A program made the position numbers and the translations under genes. A stretch of DNA of 64,000 nucleotides from an uncultured Roseobacteraceae bacterium (GTDB lineage Bacteria > Pseudomonadota > Alphaproteobacteria > Rhodobacterales > Rhodobacteraceae), in the NCBI GenBank assembly GCA_964022195.1, contig CAXIAS010000003.1:13574-77573 (forward strand), in the 5' to 3' direction. Below, in pieces: positions 48,465 to 59,670 of the stretch; position 1 is the stretch's first letter; each line of letters begins with the position of its first letter. The notes under the pieces were generated by a model, which saw only the letters and a list, made by a program, of their open reading frames with translations, was not told the origin of the DNA and ran no database searches.

Positions 48465-49084
48465 GATTTTGCGTCCTCGGTGTTTAGGCCTAGCGCGGTC
48501 CAGACAAGCATGCCGCCGCGGTAATAACTGATTTTCTCGCTCGGGTATCCGGCGGCGAGTAGCGCTGTGATCATCTGGGGCGCGTCCAGCGTGCTGGGGC
48601 CGTCGTCGAATACGACCAAAGGCAGGGCGTCGGTGAAATTCAGCATCCCGTCAAACGACCGTGCGCCAAAGGCCTGCATGATGTCAGGCATATACGGGTT
48701 GTCCGGCCCAACCAGCGCATGTGGCACGTTGACCGAACCTGCGATGAACCCACGGGCGCGGTCGTCGGGCGTTCGCGCATCAATCAATAGCCCGTCGCCC
48801 GACGCGACAGCACTGCCAAGGAAATTGATGACGTCTTGTTCGCCGACTGTGGGTATTGCCCCCGAATACCGAACCGGTGTCAGGCACAAGGGTGCGCAGT
48901 CTTGGGTCGGGTTCAGGAATGCCGCAATGCGGCTTGCGTCCGGTGTGGTTGCCTGTTGGATGTTCTTTTGGATGCCGTTGAACAAAAAGCTGGCGTTTTT
49001 GGCCAGCTCTGTGGATTGAGCGTAGACAGATGTGCCTAGTCCTATAGCGACAGTCAAAACTGCCGCGCTTTTGCGCGATAACAT
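48461..49084 (-). CDS. periplasmic rhodanese-homology domain protein lacking the catalytic Cys (module copy 2)
   Basis: ORF trimmed to ATG 49084. It has a signal peptide ending VYA-QS, a CAPLC pair, LLIDARTPD, VNVP, VVFDDGPS and YRGGMLVW. Its stop overlaps the LysM-2 start by 4 nt. Confidence 0.72.
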   Translation of the reverse strand: MLSRKSAAVLTVAIGLGTSVYAQSTELAKNASFLFNGIQKNIQQATTPDASRIAAFLNPTQDCAPLCLTPVRYSGAIPTVGEQDVINFLGSAVASGDGLLIDARTPDDRARGFIAGSVNVPHALVGPDNPYMPDIMQAFGARSFDGMLNFTDALPLVVFDDGPSTLDAPQMITALLAAGYPSEKISYYRGGMLVWTALGLNTEDAKS

Positions 49085-49151
49085 GCCGATCCCCCAATCG
49101 TATGGCACCATATATTGACAGATATGCTGGTGCTCTTGTTGTCGTGCCCTA

Positions 49152-49181
49152 GATATAGGCAAGAAACGAATCACCCGTAAA
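49152..49181 (-). promoter_or_regulatory. promoter-like element TTTACG-18 nt-TATATC with embedded GGTGATTCGTTT motif (upstream of module copy 2)
   Basis: Read on the minus strand: TTTACG GGTGATTCGTTTcttgcc TATATC TAG. A second motif copy lies 22 nt further upstream (49185..49197). Confidence 0.4.
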
Positions 49182-49211
49182 GCAAAAACGAATCATCGGG
49201 TCGGGAAAGTT

Positions 49212-50486
49212 TTAGGCCGCGTTTTCGCGCAAGACGTGTCCGGCCAAATACAGCGAGCCACAAATCAGGATACGCGCCTGAGTTGATTGGCTTTTTATGG
49301 CATTGATCGCATCGGCAACGTTTTCCGCCACGTTGACTTGCATGCCGACGTCGCGGGCCTCGGCTGCGGTCTGTTTGGCGGGGATTGTGTTGATTTCGTC
49401 AGGGATTGATACCGCGGTCAGGCTGCTGGCGACCTCAGCCAAAGGGGTCAGATATCCGCTGATGTCCTTTGTGTTCAGCATTCCACAGATCAGATGGGTC
49501 GGTTTTTGGGGCTGCTGGCGCAGCGTGTCTGCCAGCGCGCGACCCGCCGCAGGGTTGTGTCCGCCGTCCAGCCACAGTTCGCAGGGGGCGGCCAGATCAA
49601 CCAGTTTTCCGGTCGTCAATTTTTCCATACGGGCGGACCACGTGGCGTTTGTCATGGCCGTTTCGCAGGCGGCGTCGTCTTTGCCCAGCAGGCGCAAAGT
49701 CGCAATAGCCGCGCCTGCATTCATCACCTGATGCGGTCCGCGCAATGCGGGCATTGGCAGGTCCAGCAAGCCGTTTTCATCCTGATAAACAAGTCGGTCA
49801 CGTTCTGTGCTGACGTGCCAATGCTGGCCATAGGCCATCAAGGGCGCGCCAAGGCGGGAGGCGACGGTTTCGATGACGTCCAACGCTTCGTCGTGTTGCG
49901 GGCCAACCACGCAGGGCACACCGCGTTTCATAATGCCCGCCTTTTCACCTGCAATCGCGGCCAATGTGTCCCCGAGGAACTGCTGGTGGTCCAGATCAAT
50001 CGGCGTGATCACAGTCGCGGCAGGTTGGGCCACGACGTTGGTTGCATCCAAACGCCCGCCTAGCCCCGTTTCGAGCAGCGTGTAATCGGCAGGCGTTTCG
50101 GAAAAGGCCAGAATGCCCGCGATCGTTGTAATTTCGAAATAGGTCATCGGGTCCGCGCCATTGGTGACATAGCAACGGTCCAACACTTCGGTCAGCGCGT
50201 CCTCAGTGATCAGATCACCCGCCAGCCGGATACGTTCGTGGAATCGTGCCAAATGCGGGGAGGTATAGGCGTGGACCCTATCGCCAGCGCCCTCTAGGCC
50301 CGCGCGGATCATGGCTTGGGTTGATCCCTTGCCGTTTGTGCCCGCCAGATGAATGACCGGCGGCAGCTTGTCTTGGGGGTTGCCCAGTTTGGCGAGCAGG
50401 GCCCATGTGCGGTCCAGAGTCAGGTCAATGATCTTGGGGTGCAGCGCCATCATACGGGCGAGAATCGCGTCAGAATTTTGGGTCAT
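49212..50486 (-). CDS. folC: bifunctional folylpolyglutamate synthase/dihydrofolate synthase
   Basis: It has a Mur-ligase-type P-loop (HLAGTNGKGST) and FolC blocks. Confidence 0.9.
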   Translation of the reverse strand: MTQNSDAILARMMALHPKIIDLTLDRTWALLAKLGNPQDKLPPVIHLAGTNGKGSTQAMIRAGLEGAGDRVHAYTSPHLARFHERIRLAGDLITEDALTEVLDRCYVTNGADPMTYFEITTIAGILAFSETPADYTLLETGLGGRLDATNVVAQPAATVITPIDLDHQQFLGDTLAAIAGEKAGIMKRGVPCVVGPQHDEALDVIETVASRLGAPLMAYGQHWHVSTERDRLVYQDENGLLDLPMPALRGPHQVMNAGAAIATLRLLGKDDAACETAMTNATWSARMEKLTTGKLVDLAAPCELWLDGGHNPAAGRALADTLRQQPQKPTHLICGMLNTKDISGYLTPLAEVASSLTAVSIPDEINTIPAKQTAAEARDVGMQVNVAENVADAINAIKSQSTQARILICGSLYLAGHVLRENAA

Positions 50487-50875
50487 GTCGGTACGTTTCC
50501 AGTTTTAATGAGGCGCATTAAAATGACGCCGGCGACAATGTCGATCCCTGCACAAAAGGCGGGCCACCATTGTGGACCGGGCGCGCCGAGCCAGATAAGG
50601 CCGGCGTCAAACACGCCATGAGCGATCAGGCCACCTGCGATGATATAGGCGCCTCGCTGAAATCCGGCGACGGCCACAGCGCAAAAGCCCGCAAAGATTG
50701 CGAAATGCACAGTCGCTCCGACGGCATCGCCGTTTTGGGCCGCAAAAACAGGGTAAAAGAACGCAATCGCGGCAAGCAGGACAGCTATGCCGGATCGTTC
50801 GTGCAGCATGCCGCTGCGCCATAGCGCGAACATCGTCCCCGCTCCGGCGGCAGCGCCGATCAGCGCTGCGATCAC
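50483..50875 (-). CDS. hypothetical multi-pass membrane protein
   Basis: The 130-aa product has 4-5 hydrophobic helices. Its GTG start overlaps the accD stop (GTGA), and its stop overlaps the folC start (ATGA). Confidence 0.65.
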   Translation of the reverse strand: MIAALIGAAAGAGTMFALWRSGMLHERSGIAVLLAAIAFFYPVFAAQNGDAVGATVHFAIFAGFCAVAVAGFQRGAYIIAGGLIAHGVFDAGLIWLGAPGPQWWPAFCAGIDIVAGVILMRLIKTGNVPT

Positions 50876-51798
50876 TTTTGTGGATCCTCTGGCGCCTCAA
50901 CCCCGTCAGAGGCCGCCTCGGGGGCAGGCAGGTCGCCTTTGATCGGGGCGGATTGACCCGTCAGCATGCGAATAATCGTCACCAGCTCGTCCTTGAGGTC
51001 GGTGCGTTTGGTCACGCGGTCCAACATGCCGTGGTCCAGCAGGTATTCGGCGCGCTGGAACCCTTCTGGCAGTTTTTCACCGATGGTTTGTTCGATGACG
51101 CGCGCTCCGGCAAAGCCGATCAGCGCATTGGGTTCTGCGATCTGCACATCACCCAGCATTGCATAAGATGCAGTCACACCCCCAGTGGTGGGGTGGGTCA
51201 GAACGACAATATATGGCAGACCAGCCTCGCGCAGCATTTGCACAGCAATCGTCGTGCGCGGCATTTGCATCAGGCCCAGAATGCCCTCTTGCATTCGTGC
51301 GCCACCAGCCGCCGAAAACAGGATCAGCGGTCGGCCCAGTTCAATCGCGCGTTCAGCGGCGGCGACGATTGCGTTGCCGACATACATCGACATTGATCCA
51401 CCCATAAATGAGAAATCCTGCACCGCGACAACAACGCCTGTGCGACCCATGTCGCCCTCAGCTACCAGCATTGCGTCTTTTTCGCCGGTCTTCTTGCGGG
51501 CGTCTTTGATCCGGTCGGTGTATTTCTTTTGATCGCGGAAATGCAGCGGGTCGGCGACCGGTTCGGGCACGTCGACTTCAATGAAAACACCACCATCGAA
51601 CAGCGATGTCAAACGGTCGCGCGCACCGATCGCCATGTGATGTCCGCAATTGGTGCAGACGTTCAGGTTGTCGGACAATTCGCGGTGAAACAGCATCGTG
51701 CCGCAGTCGGTGCATTTGGTCCACAGGTTCTCGGGCACTTCGCGGCGCGAAAACAGCGAATTGATCGTCGGGCGGACGTAGTTTGTGATCCAGTTCAT
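50872..51798 (-). CDS. accD: acetyl-CoA carboxylase carboxyltransferase subunit beta
   Basis: ORF trimmed to ATG 51798 ([12 protein letters not shown]...). It has the zinc ribbon [26 protein letters not shown]. Confidence 0.92.
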   Translation of the reverse strand: MNWITNYVRPTINSLFSRREVPENLWTKCTDCGTMLFHRELSDNLNVCTNCGHHMAIGARDRLTSLFDGGVFIEVDVPEPVADPLHFRDQKKYTDRIKDARKKTGEKDAMLVAEGDMGRTGVVVAVQDFSFMGGSMSMYVGNAIVAAAERAIELGRPLILFSAAGGARMQEGILGLMQMPRTTIAVQMLREAGLPYIVVLTHPTTGGVTASYAMLGDVQIAEPNALIGFAGARVIEQTIGEKLPEGFQRAEYLLDHGMLDRVTKRTDLKDELVTIIRMLTGQSAPIKGDLPAPEAASDGVEAPEDPQK

Positions 51799-51857
51799 GG
51801 GCGCGGCCTCTAGCGTTTGATTGGTTCTGAAATATGACGCTGCGGCAGGAATTGCAA

Positions 51858-52769
51858 TCAGCGTCGAATAGCAACCCGCGCGGCCAGCCACATCACCGCG
51901 ATCATCATCAAAGACACGACCAGTTCAATCATCGTCGGCAGGGTGAAAAACGACGCGAGCGAATAGTCATAGGCATAGGGGTCTTGGTAGGGATACAAGA
52001 ACAGCATCAGGCCGGTCGCGGGCCAGTCTTGGATCCCGACATAGGTTAGGGCAAACAGGTTATTGGACACATGCAGGCCCACTGCCGCCCCGATTGTTCC
52101 GGTGCGGGCGGTCAAATCCGCACAGGCCAGCCCAAGGCACGTGGCCCAAATCGTATAAAACATCCCGTCGGACGGCCCCCAGCCGTTGAAAAAATGGCAC
52201 GCGCCAAACAGGGCAGATGGCTAGACAAGCCAGACCCATCTGCTCTTGGATATGGCGCCCAGTTGTTGCTGTAGATATCCGCGAAACAGCAGCTCTTCGG
52301 TTCCGGCTTGGATCACGATGACAACGACCGCAAATGGCAGACCAATCAGCCAAACGGGTAGGGGGGCGATATAGGCCAGCTCTGCGACATTGACCCACGG
52401 CGGTAAAACCACTTGGACCAGTAAAACCAGCGCCACCGCCTTGGCGCAGAGCCAAGCATCGACAACCGCTGTGGCTGGCGACACCCCGACGAGCGACCAG
52501 AACCCGCGCCCGTGGACCCGTTTGATTACCAAAACCATACCGATTGCCGATATGCCGAAACTGGCGAATTGCGCCAACACCGACATCGGGGTCGTGCCTT
52601 GAAAAAACGCCTCGACCATTGCTTTGTTCGGGATCAGGCCGACCATCAGCAGCGGGCCGAATATGATCAGCGCTTCGCAGATTGCAAATACCCAAATCAC
52701 CTGCCCTAGGGTGTGGCCCCCCCGCGCAGGTCTGGTGAATTCCTGCATCGGTGCATAAGGGTCAGACAT
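51858..52769 (-). pseudogene. CPBP-family (CAAX/Abi-like) intramembrane metalloprotease gene interrupted by one in-frame TAG (52223..52221)
   Basis: ORFs 52221..52838 and 51858..52163 are in the same frame (both start coordinates are 2 mod 3). Read through, the sequence is ...SKSRWVWLV*PSALFGACHFFNGWGPSDGMFYTIW.... Motifs lie on both sides of the stop: TEELLFRGY upstream, FGACH and HVSNN downstream. Confidence 0.7.
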
Positions 52770-52779
52770 GCGACGATTT

Positions 52780-52799
52780 ATGCACCCTGATGCACCCTG
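52780..52799 (+). repeat. perfect 10-bp tandem direct repeat (ATGCACCCTG)x2 in the CPBP/ilvD divergent region
   Basis: Read directly. Further ATGCACC cores lie at 52870..52876 (same strand) and 52750..52756 (opposite strand). Confidence 0.85.
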
Positions 52800-52876
52800 C
52801 GCAAGTGACAACACACTTGTGTCGGGGCCTTGGCGCAACTAGACCTCATTCAACGCTATTTTTCAGGGGATGCACC

Positions 52877-54640
52877 ATGCTCAAAGGCAAAAACGACAAG
52901 TCAAACCTACCCAGCCGCCACGTCAGCGTCGGACCTGCCCGCGCGCCGCATCGGTCTTACTACTACGCTATGGGCATGGACCAAGAGGCGATCGAACAAC
53001 CCTTCGTCGGCGTCGCCACCTGCTGGAACGAGGCCGCGCCTTGTAACATCTCGCTAAACCGTCAGGCACAGGCCGTAAAGCTGGGCGTCAAATCCGCCTA
53101 TGGCACGCCGCGCGAATTCACCACGATCACTGTGACCGACGGCATCGCCATGGGCCACGAAGGCATGCGGTCGTCACTGGCATCACGCGAGGCAATCGCC
53201 GACACTGTCGAACTGACAATGCGCGGACACTGCTATGACGCGCTGGTGGGGCTTGCCGGTTGCGACAAATCCTTGCCCGGTATGATGATGGCCATGGTGC
53301 GCCTGAACACACCGTCGGTGTTCATCTATGGGGGCTCGATCCTGCCGGGACGTGCCCCTGCTGGGGCTGATGTGCCAGCCGAATACGCCAACCGCGACTT
53401 AACCGTGCAAGATATGTTCGAAGCCGTCGGTCGCCACCAAGCGGGCGACATGACCGATACAGCCCTCGAAGTGCTAGAGCGCGTTGCCTGCCCGTCCGCG
53501 GGCGCTTGTGGTGGCCAGTTTACCGCCAACACCATGGCTTGTGTGTCCGAGGCGATTGGCCTCGCGCTGCCGCAATCGTCTGGCGCGCCTGCCCCTTACG
53601 AATCCCGCGATCAGTATTCTATCGCCTCAGGCTCGGCCGTGATGAACCTGCTGGAAAAGAACATCCGCGCACGCGACGTCGTGACCCTGCAATCCCTGCA
53701 AAACGCCGCTCGCGTTGTGGCCTGCACCGGTGGGTCGACCAACGCGGGTTTGCACTTGCCCGCGATTGCCCATGAGGCTGGTATCGACTTCACCTTGCAA
53801 GACGTTTGCGACATCTTCCGCGACACGCCGTATTTCGTCGACCTGAAACCGGGTGGGCAATATGTCGCCAAGGACCTGTATGAAGCAGGCGGCGTCATGG
53901 TCGTGATGAAAGAGCTGCGCAAAGCGGGCCTTGTCCACGAGGACTGCATGACCGCAACCGGCTATTCCATAGGTGAAGAGCTGGATAAAATCCAAGGCGA
54001 GGCCGACGGTCGCGTGATCTATCCGATTGAGGCACCTTTGACCAAAACCGGCGGCGTTGTTGGCCTATCCGGTAACTTGGCCCCAGAAGGCGCGATTGTA
54101 AAAGTCGCGGGCATGGCGACCCAAGAACAATATTTCCAAGGCCCCGCCCGCGTGTTCGAATGTGAAGAAGACGCGTTCGAAGCGGTGAAAAAGCGCGAAT
54201 ACGAAGAAGGTGAAGTCATCGTCATCCGCAACGAAGGCCCCGCAGGCGGCCCTGGCATGCGCGAAATGCTGGCGACCACCGCTGCCCTGTCTGGTCAGGG
54301 CATGGGCAAAAAGGTGGCCCTGATCACCGATGGCCGTTTTTCGGGTGCTACCCGTGGTTTCTGCGTCGGTCACGTTGGCCCAGAGGCCGCTCACGGTGGC
54401 CCGATCGCCCTGATCGAGAACGGCGACATCATTACGCTGGACGCGGTCAAAGGGGCACTGACGATTGACCTGACGGACGACGAGCTGGCGACACGCAAGC
54501 AAAACTGGAAAGGCCCGCGCGAGACGATTTATGCCTCTGGTGCGCTGTGGAAATACAGCCAGCTAGTCGGCGGCGCGCAGCTGGGGGCGGTGACGCATCC
54601 CGGTGCCAAAAAGGAACGCCACATCTACATGGACCTGTAA
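52877..54640 (+). CDS. ilvD: dihydroxy-acid dehydratase
   Basis: ORF trimmed to ATG 52877 ([33 protein letters not shown]). IlvD/Edd blocks CDKSLPG and TDGRFSG are present. Confidence 0.93.
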   Translation: MLKGKNDKSNLPSRHVSVGPARAPHRSYYYAMGMDQEAIEQPFVGVATCWNEAAPCNISLNRQAQAVKLGVKSAYGTPREFTTITVTDGIAMGHEGMRSSLASREAIADTVELTMRGHCYDALVGLAGCDKSLPGMMMAMVRLNTPSVFIYGGSILPGRAPAGADVPAEYANRDLTVQDMFEAVGRHQAGDMTDTALEVLERVACPSAGACGGQFTANTMACVSEAIGLALPQSSGAPAPYESRDQYSIASGSAVMNLLEKNIRARDVVTLQSLQNAARVVACTGGSTNAGLHLPAIAHEAGIDFTLQDVCDIFRDTPYFVDLKPGGQYVAKDLYEAGGVMVVMKELRKAGLVHEDCMTATGYSIGEELDKIQGEADGRVIYPIEAPLTKTGGVVGLSGNLAPEGAIVKVAGMATQEQYFQGPARVFECEEDAFEAVKKREYEEGEVIVIRNEGPAGGPGMREMLATTAALSGQGMGKKVALITDGRFSGATRGFCVGHVGPEAAHGGPIALIENGDIITLDAVKGALTIDLTDDELATRKQNWKGPRETIYASGALWKYSQLVGGAQLGAVTHPGAKKERHIYMDL

Positions 54641-54645
54641 GGGGC

Positions 54646-55308
54646 ATGTGGGGATACGCACGACAATCCGGCGGCCTTGCGGCCCTCGTTTTGATGGCAG
54701 GGTGCGGCGGGGCCATCCTGCCGTCCCTCCCGTCGTCAGATAGCGACCCAACACCTGCTGTGCCCCGCATTGCACTGCTAAATGGCAAGGTGATCGCAGC
54801 GGGGCCAAATGGCTATTGTGCAGATCCCAACGCCAGCAATCCGCGTGATGGCTTTGCGATTTTTGCGACATGCGCGGCATTGGACGCGGACTCGGACGAA
54901 TTCGGATTTGCCGGTGTGGCAACAGTGCAGGTCGGCCCCAAAGGCAGCGCAATCGTCGCCGGTCAAGAAGCCGCCTTTGTGGCCTATCTTGAATCCGAAG
55001 ATGGTGCGCGCACCCTAAGCCGTGCTGGCGATGCGCAAACCGTCACCGTGCAATCTACCAAAGAAGACAACGGCGCCGTTTCAGTCCGGTTCACGGACAG
55101 TGCGCCATCTGGGGTAGCTGGCGAACAGGCGCTGCAATGGCGTGCTTTTGTGGATATCAACGGATACCTTGTGACCATATCGGTGCGTGGCCTCAAAGAG
55201 GCGCCACTCGCGCGCGCGGTGGGGTCGGCTATGCTGCGACAGGCGATCGAGGCGCTGTTCAACGCAAATGCCACAGACAGCGGCGCAACTGGGCCGACCG
55301 ACGCCTGA
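54646..55308 (+). CDS. hypothetical lipoprotein
   Basis: ORF trimmed to ATG 54646. It has the lipobox LMAGC (MWGYARQSGGLAALVLMAGCGG). I recognise no family. Confidence 0.65.
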   Translation: MWGYARQSGGLAALVLMAGCGGAILPSLPSSDSDPTPAVPRIALLNGKVIAAGPNGYCADPNASNPRDGFAIFATCAALDADSDEFGFAGVATVQVGPKGSAIVAGQEAAFVAYLESEDGARTLSRAGDAQTVTVQSTKEDNGAVSVRFTDSAPSGVAGEQALQWRAFVDINGYLVTISVRGLKEAPLARAVGSAMLRQAIEALFNANATDSGATGPTDA

Positions 55309-55393
55309 CAACTGTTTCCTTTTGCGAAACAATTTGGCAAGTATAAGGGCAGTGCGGGTCGCTCCCGACGACCTTGAATATGAAAGTCACTCT

Positions 55394-56167
55394 ATGGCCT
55401 CGTTCGGCAATCGCTTCCTTGATGTCTTTAGCCATGCGCGCACTGTGCGCCGGTGGGCGGATCTGGCCCGCCGTGCAAAGGTCGAAGACTTGGGCGTGCT
55501 TCGGTCAGAACGGCAAAAGGCGCGGCAGCTTCGGTCGCATCTGGATGAATTGATGCATATCGCCGATAACCGGCTGGCGCTGCCCCGGATCGGCTCGAAT
55601 GCATTTTTCCGACCCGGTGGAACGGAATGGTCATGGCGCCCGCAATTGTGGCGTGGCCCGTTGGGCGAACGTGGCCGCGCAGCTCTGCCTAGCAAGGCGG
55701 CGCTGGGCGAAGAAATCACAGTGTTCCACGATTGCAAAATCTCGGAGCTGACAGTCCGGCAGGTGCGCAACAGCCGAGAAGAGGACCTCGCGCCGTTTGG
55801 CCTGCGCATGGATGTGTTCCGCTTTGATGGCAGCTTTTTGTCTTTGGTGATTGACCTGCCGCCCTCGGCGGCCGAGGGGTTAAAGCGGCGGCATATCATT
55901 CGGGCTGATATGATCGTCGAGACCGAAAAACCGATCGAGATATTCGCCCGATTGAACATCAAAAACGGACCCAACACCGAACAGATCCTGCGCGAATTGC
56001 CCAGTGACAAAAAAGAGGTCAACGTCGAATTCGACCTCGGTTATTCTGAAATCAATGAAAAACGGATCGAACGGCTGTGGCTGGACCTGATCCTTGAAGG
56101 GCCGGAAATGAATCAGGTCACATTCCGCGATCTGACCCTGTGCCGGTTCCCGCGCGCTGAAATCTGA
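55394..56167 (+). CDS. hypothetical protein
   Basis: ORF trimmed to ATG 55394 (MASFGNRFLDVFSHARTVRRW...). The 257-aa product looks soluble. I recognise no family. Confidence 0.65.
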   Translation: MASFGNRFLDVFSHARTVRRWADLARRAKVEDLGVLRSERQKARQLRSHLDELMHIADNRLALPRIGSNAFFRPGGTEWSWRPQLWRGPLGERGRAALPSKAALGEEITVFHDCKISELTVRQVRNSREEDLAPFGLRMDVFRFDGSFLSLVIDLPPSAAEGLKRRHIIRADMIVETEKPIEIFARLNIKNGPNTEQILRELPSDKKEVNVEFDLGYSEINEKRIERLWLDLILEGPEMNQVTFRDLTLCRFPRAEI

Positions 56168-56193
56168 TCCGCAGTTAGAACGAAAGACACCCA

Positions 56194-56565
56194 ATGGCCG
56201 GACCTAAACTGATTAAAACACGGATGATTGCAGGTGTCTGGGAAGGCGTCCTGACAGCCCAAGGCGACACGCCGCCCGATTTGGTCGTCACCCATATGGA
56301 CAGGCTGATTGACGGGACGACGGTGACGGCGTCCGATGCTGTCGGCGGCTGGTTGGTGCGCGTGCCCATTCCCGCCGAGCATTTGTCAGATGGTATTGTG
56401 ACCTTTGTTATCCGTGACGCAAATACGGATGAAACTCTTAACAGCTTTTCACTGCTGGCAGGCGACGCCTTGTCCGAGGACATCCGCGCCGAGATGGACC
56501 TGCTGCGCGAAGAACTGGATATGCTCAAACGCGCGTTTCGCCGCCACTGTGTCGAAACGATGTAG
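56194..56565 (+). CDS. hypothetical protein with C-terminal coiled-coil-like segment
   Basis: The 123-aa ORF starts 26 nt after the previous gene and ends ...EDIRAEMDLLREELDMLKRAFRRHCVETM. Confidence 0.55.
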   Translation: MAGPKLIKTRMIAGVWEGVLTAQGDTPPDLVVTHMDRLIDGTTVTASDAVGGWLVRVPIPAEHLSDGIVTFVIRDANTDETLNSFSLLAGDALSEDIRAEMDLLREELDMLKRAFRRHCVETM

Positions 56566-56617
56566 ACGCGCCTCCGATTTGGGGCGCGATTTGCAGGTGA
56601 CGTGGCGTTGTGGGTGA

Positions 56618-58693
<2,076 letters not shown>

Positions 58694-58758
58694 TACGGGC
58701 TTGCATGCCATCTGGTGCGGGGGTCTAAGATGGAAATCAACCTAGGTCAGGTCGTTTC

Positions 58759-59670
58759 ATGGTTTTTCTAACTATTCTCTTGGGGCTATTGCCCAGCTTT
58801 TTGATGGTCGGTCTTGGCGGGCTGATCCGGAGCAGGCTGTCCGTCAATGCATGGCAAGGGCTGGACAAGCTGAATTTTGAAATCCTGTTTCCCGCGCTGC
58901 TGTTTGTCTCAGCCGCCGGACGGCCCATCCAGTTCGGGGACGTGTTCCGGATGGCACCGGCGGTCTGGGGCATTTTGACCCTCGGGCTGGTCATGGGGTA
59001 TGGTGTGCGCCGGTTCGGGCCGGACAGGTTTTTGGACTTTGCAGGCGGATGGCAAACCGCCTGGCGGTTTAATTCGGCGATTGCGATCATCGCGATCACA
59101 ACACTGGCCGATGGCAATGCGGCGCAAATGGCTGTCGCGATCGGCTTGGCCGTGCCTGTCGCGAATATCTTTGCTGTGTCCGTGCTATCACGCGGGGGCA
59201 GTTTAGGGGCTCTGGATGGAGCCAAGAAAATTTTGTTAAACTCGTTCTTGCTGGCCTCGGTTGCGGGTGTTGTTGTCGGGCTGTCGGGGATATCCATTCC
59301 CAAACCTGTGATGGCACCACTGCAAATGCTGTCGGCAGCAGCGATCCCAATCGCGTTGATTTCGGTCGGGGCTACGATGAACTGGCGCGCGCTGGGCCAG
59401 CTAACCAAATTCAGCGCCGCGATTAATGCAGTCAAACTGATTGCCTTGCCCGCGCTTGCAATGGCGGGTTGTTGGCTGTTTGGGGTCCGGTCTGATCTAT
59501 CCGCTGTGCTTGTCACCTTTGCCGCATTGCCCACCGCTTCGGCGGCGCATGTTCTGGCCGCAGGCTTTGGGGCGGATCGGGAACTGGTGGCCACTTTGGT
59601 GGCGCAATCCACACTATTGGCTGCTGTTACCCTGCCGTTTTGGATCACAATGGTCGCCGTCTATTTGTGA
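58759..59670 (+). CDS. AEC (auxin efflux carrier) family transporter
   Basis: It is a polytopic 303-aa protein with an AEC-like N-terminus (MVFLTILLGLLPSFLMVGLGGLIR). Confidence 0.82.
   Translation: MVFLTILLGLLPSFLMVGLGGLIRSRLSVNAWQGLDKLNFEILFPALLFVSAAGRPIQFGDVFRMAPAVWGILTLGLVMGYGVRRFGPDRFLDFAGGWQTAWRFNSAIAIIAITTLADGNAAQMAVAIGLAVPVANIFAVSVLSRGGSLGALDGAKKILLNSFLLASVAGVVVGLSGISIPKPVMAPLQMLSAAAIPIALISVGATMNWRALGQLTKFSAAINAVKLIALPALAMAGCWLFGVRSDLSAVLVTFAALPTASAAHVLAAGFGADRELVATLVAQSTLLAAVTLPFWITMVAVYL

Noticed and set aside
52060-52695. 211-aa alternative-frame ORF across the CPBP locus
   Set aside because: It has no motifs. The CPBP motifs all lie in the other frame on both sides of the TAG.
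58737-59648. 303-aa ORF antisense to the AEC transporter gene
   Set aside because: Its composition is Ala/Ser/Pro/Thr-rich and low in complexity, typical of a shadow ORF in GC-rich DNA. The plus-strand product is a convincing polytopic transporter.
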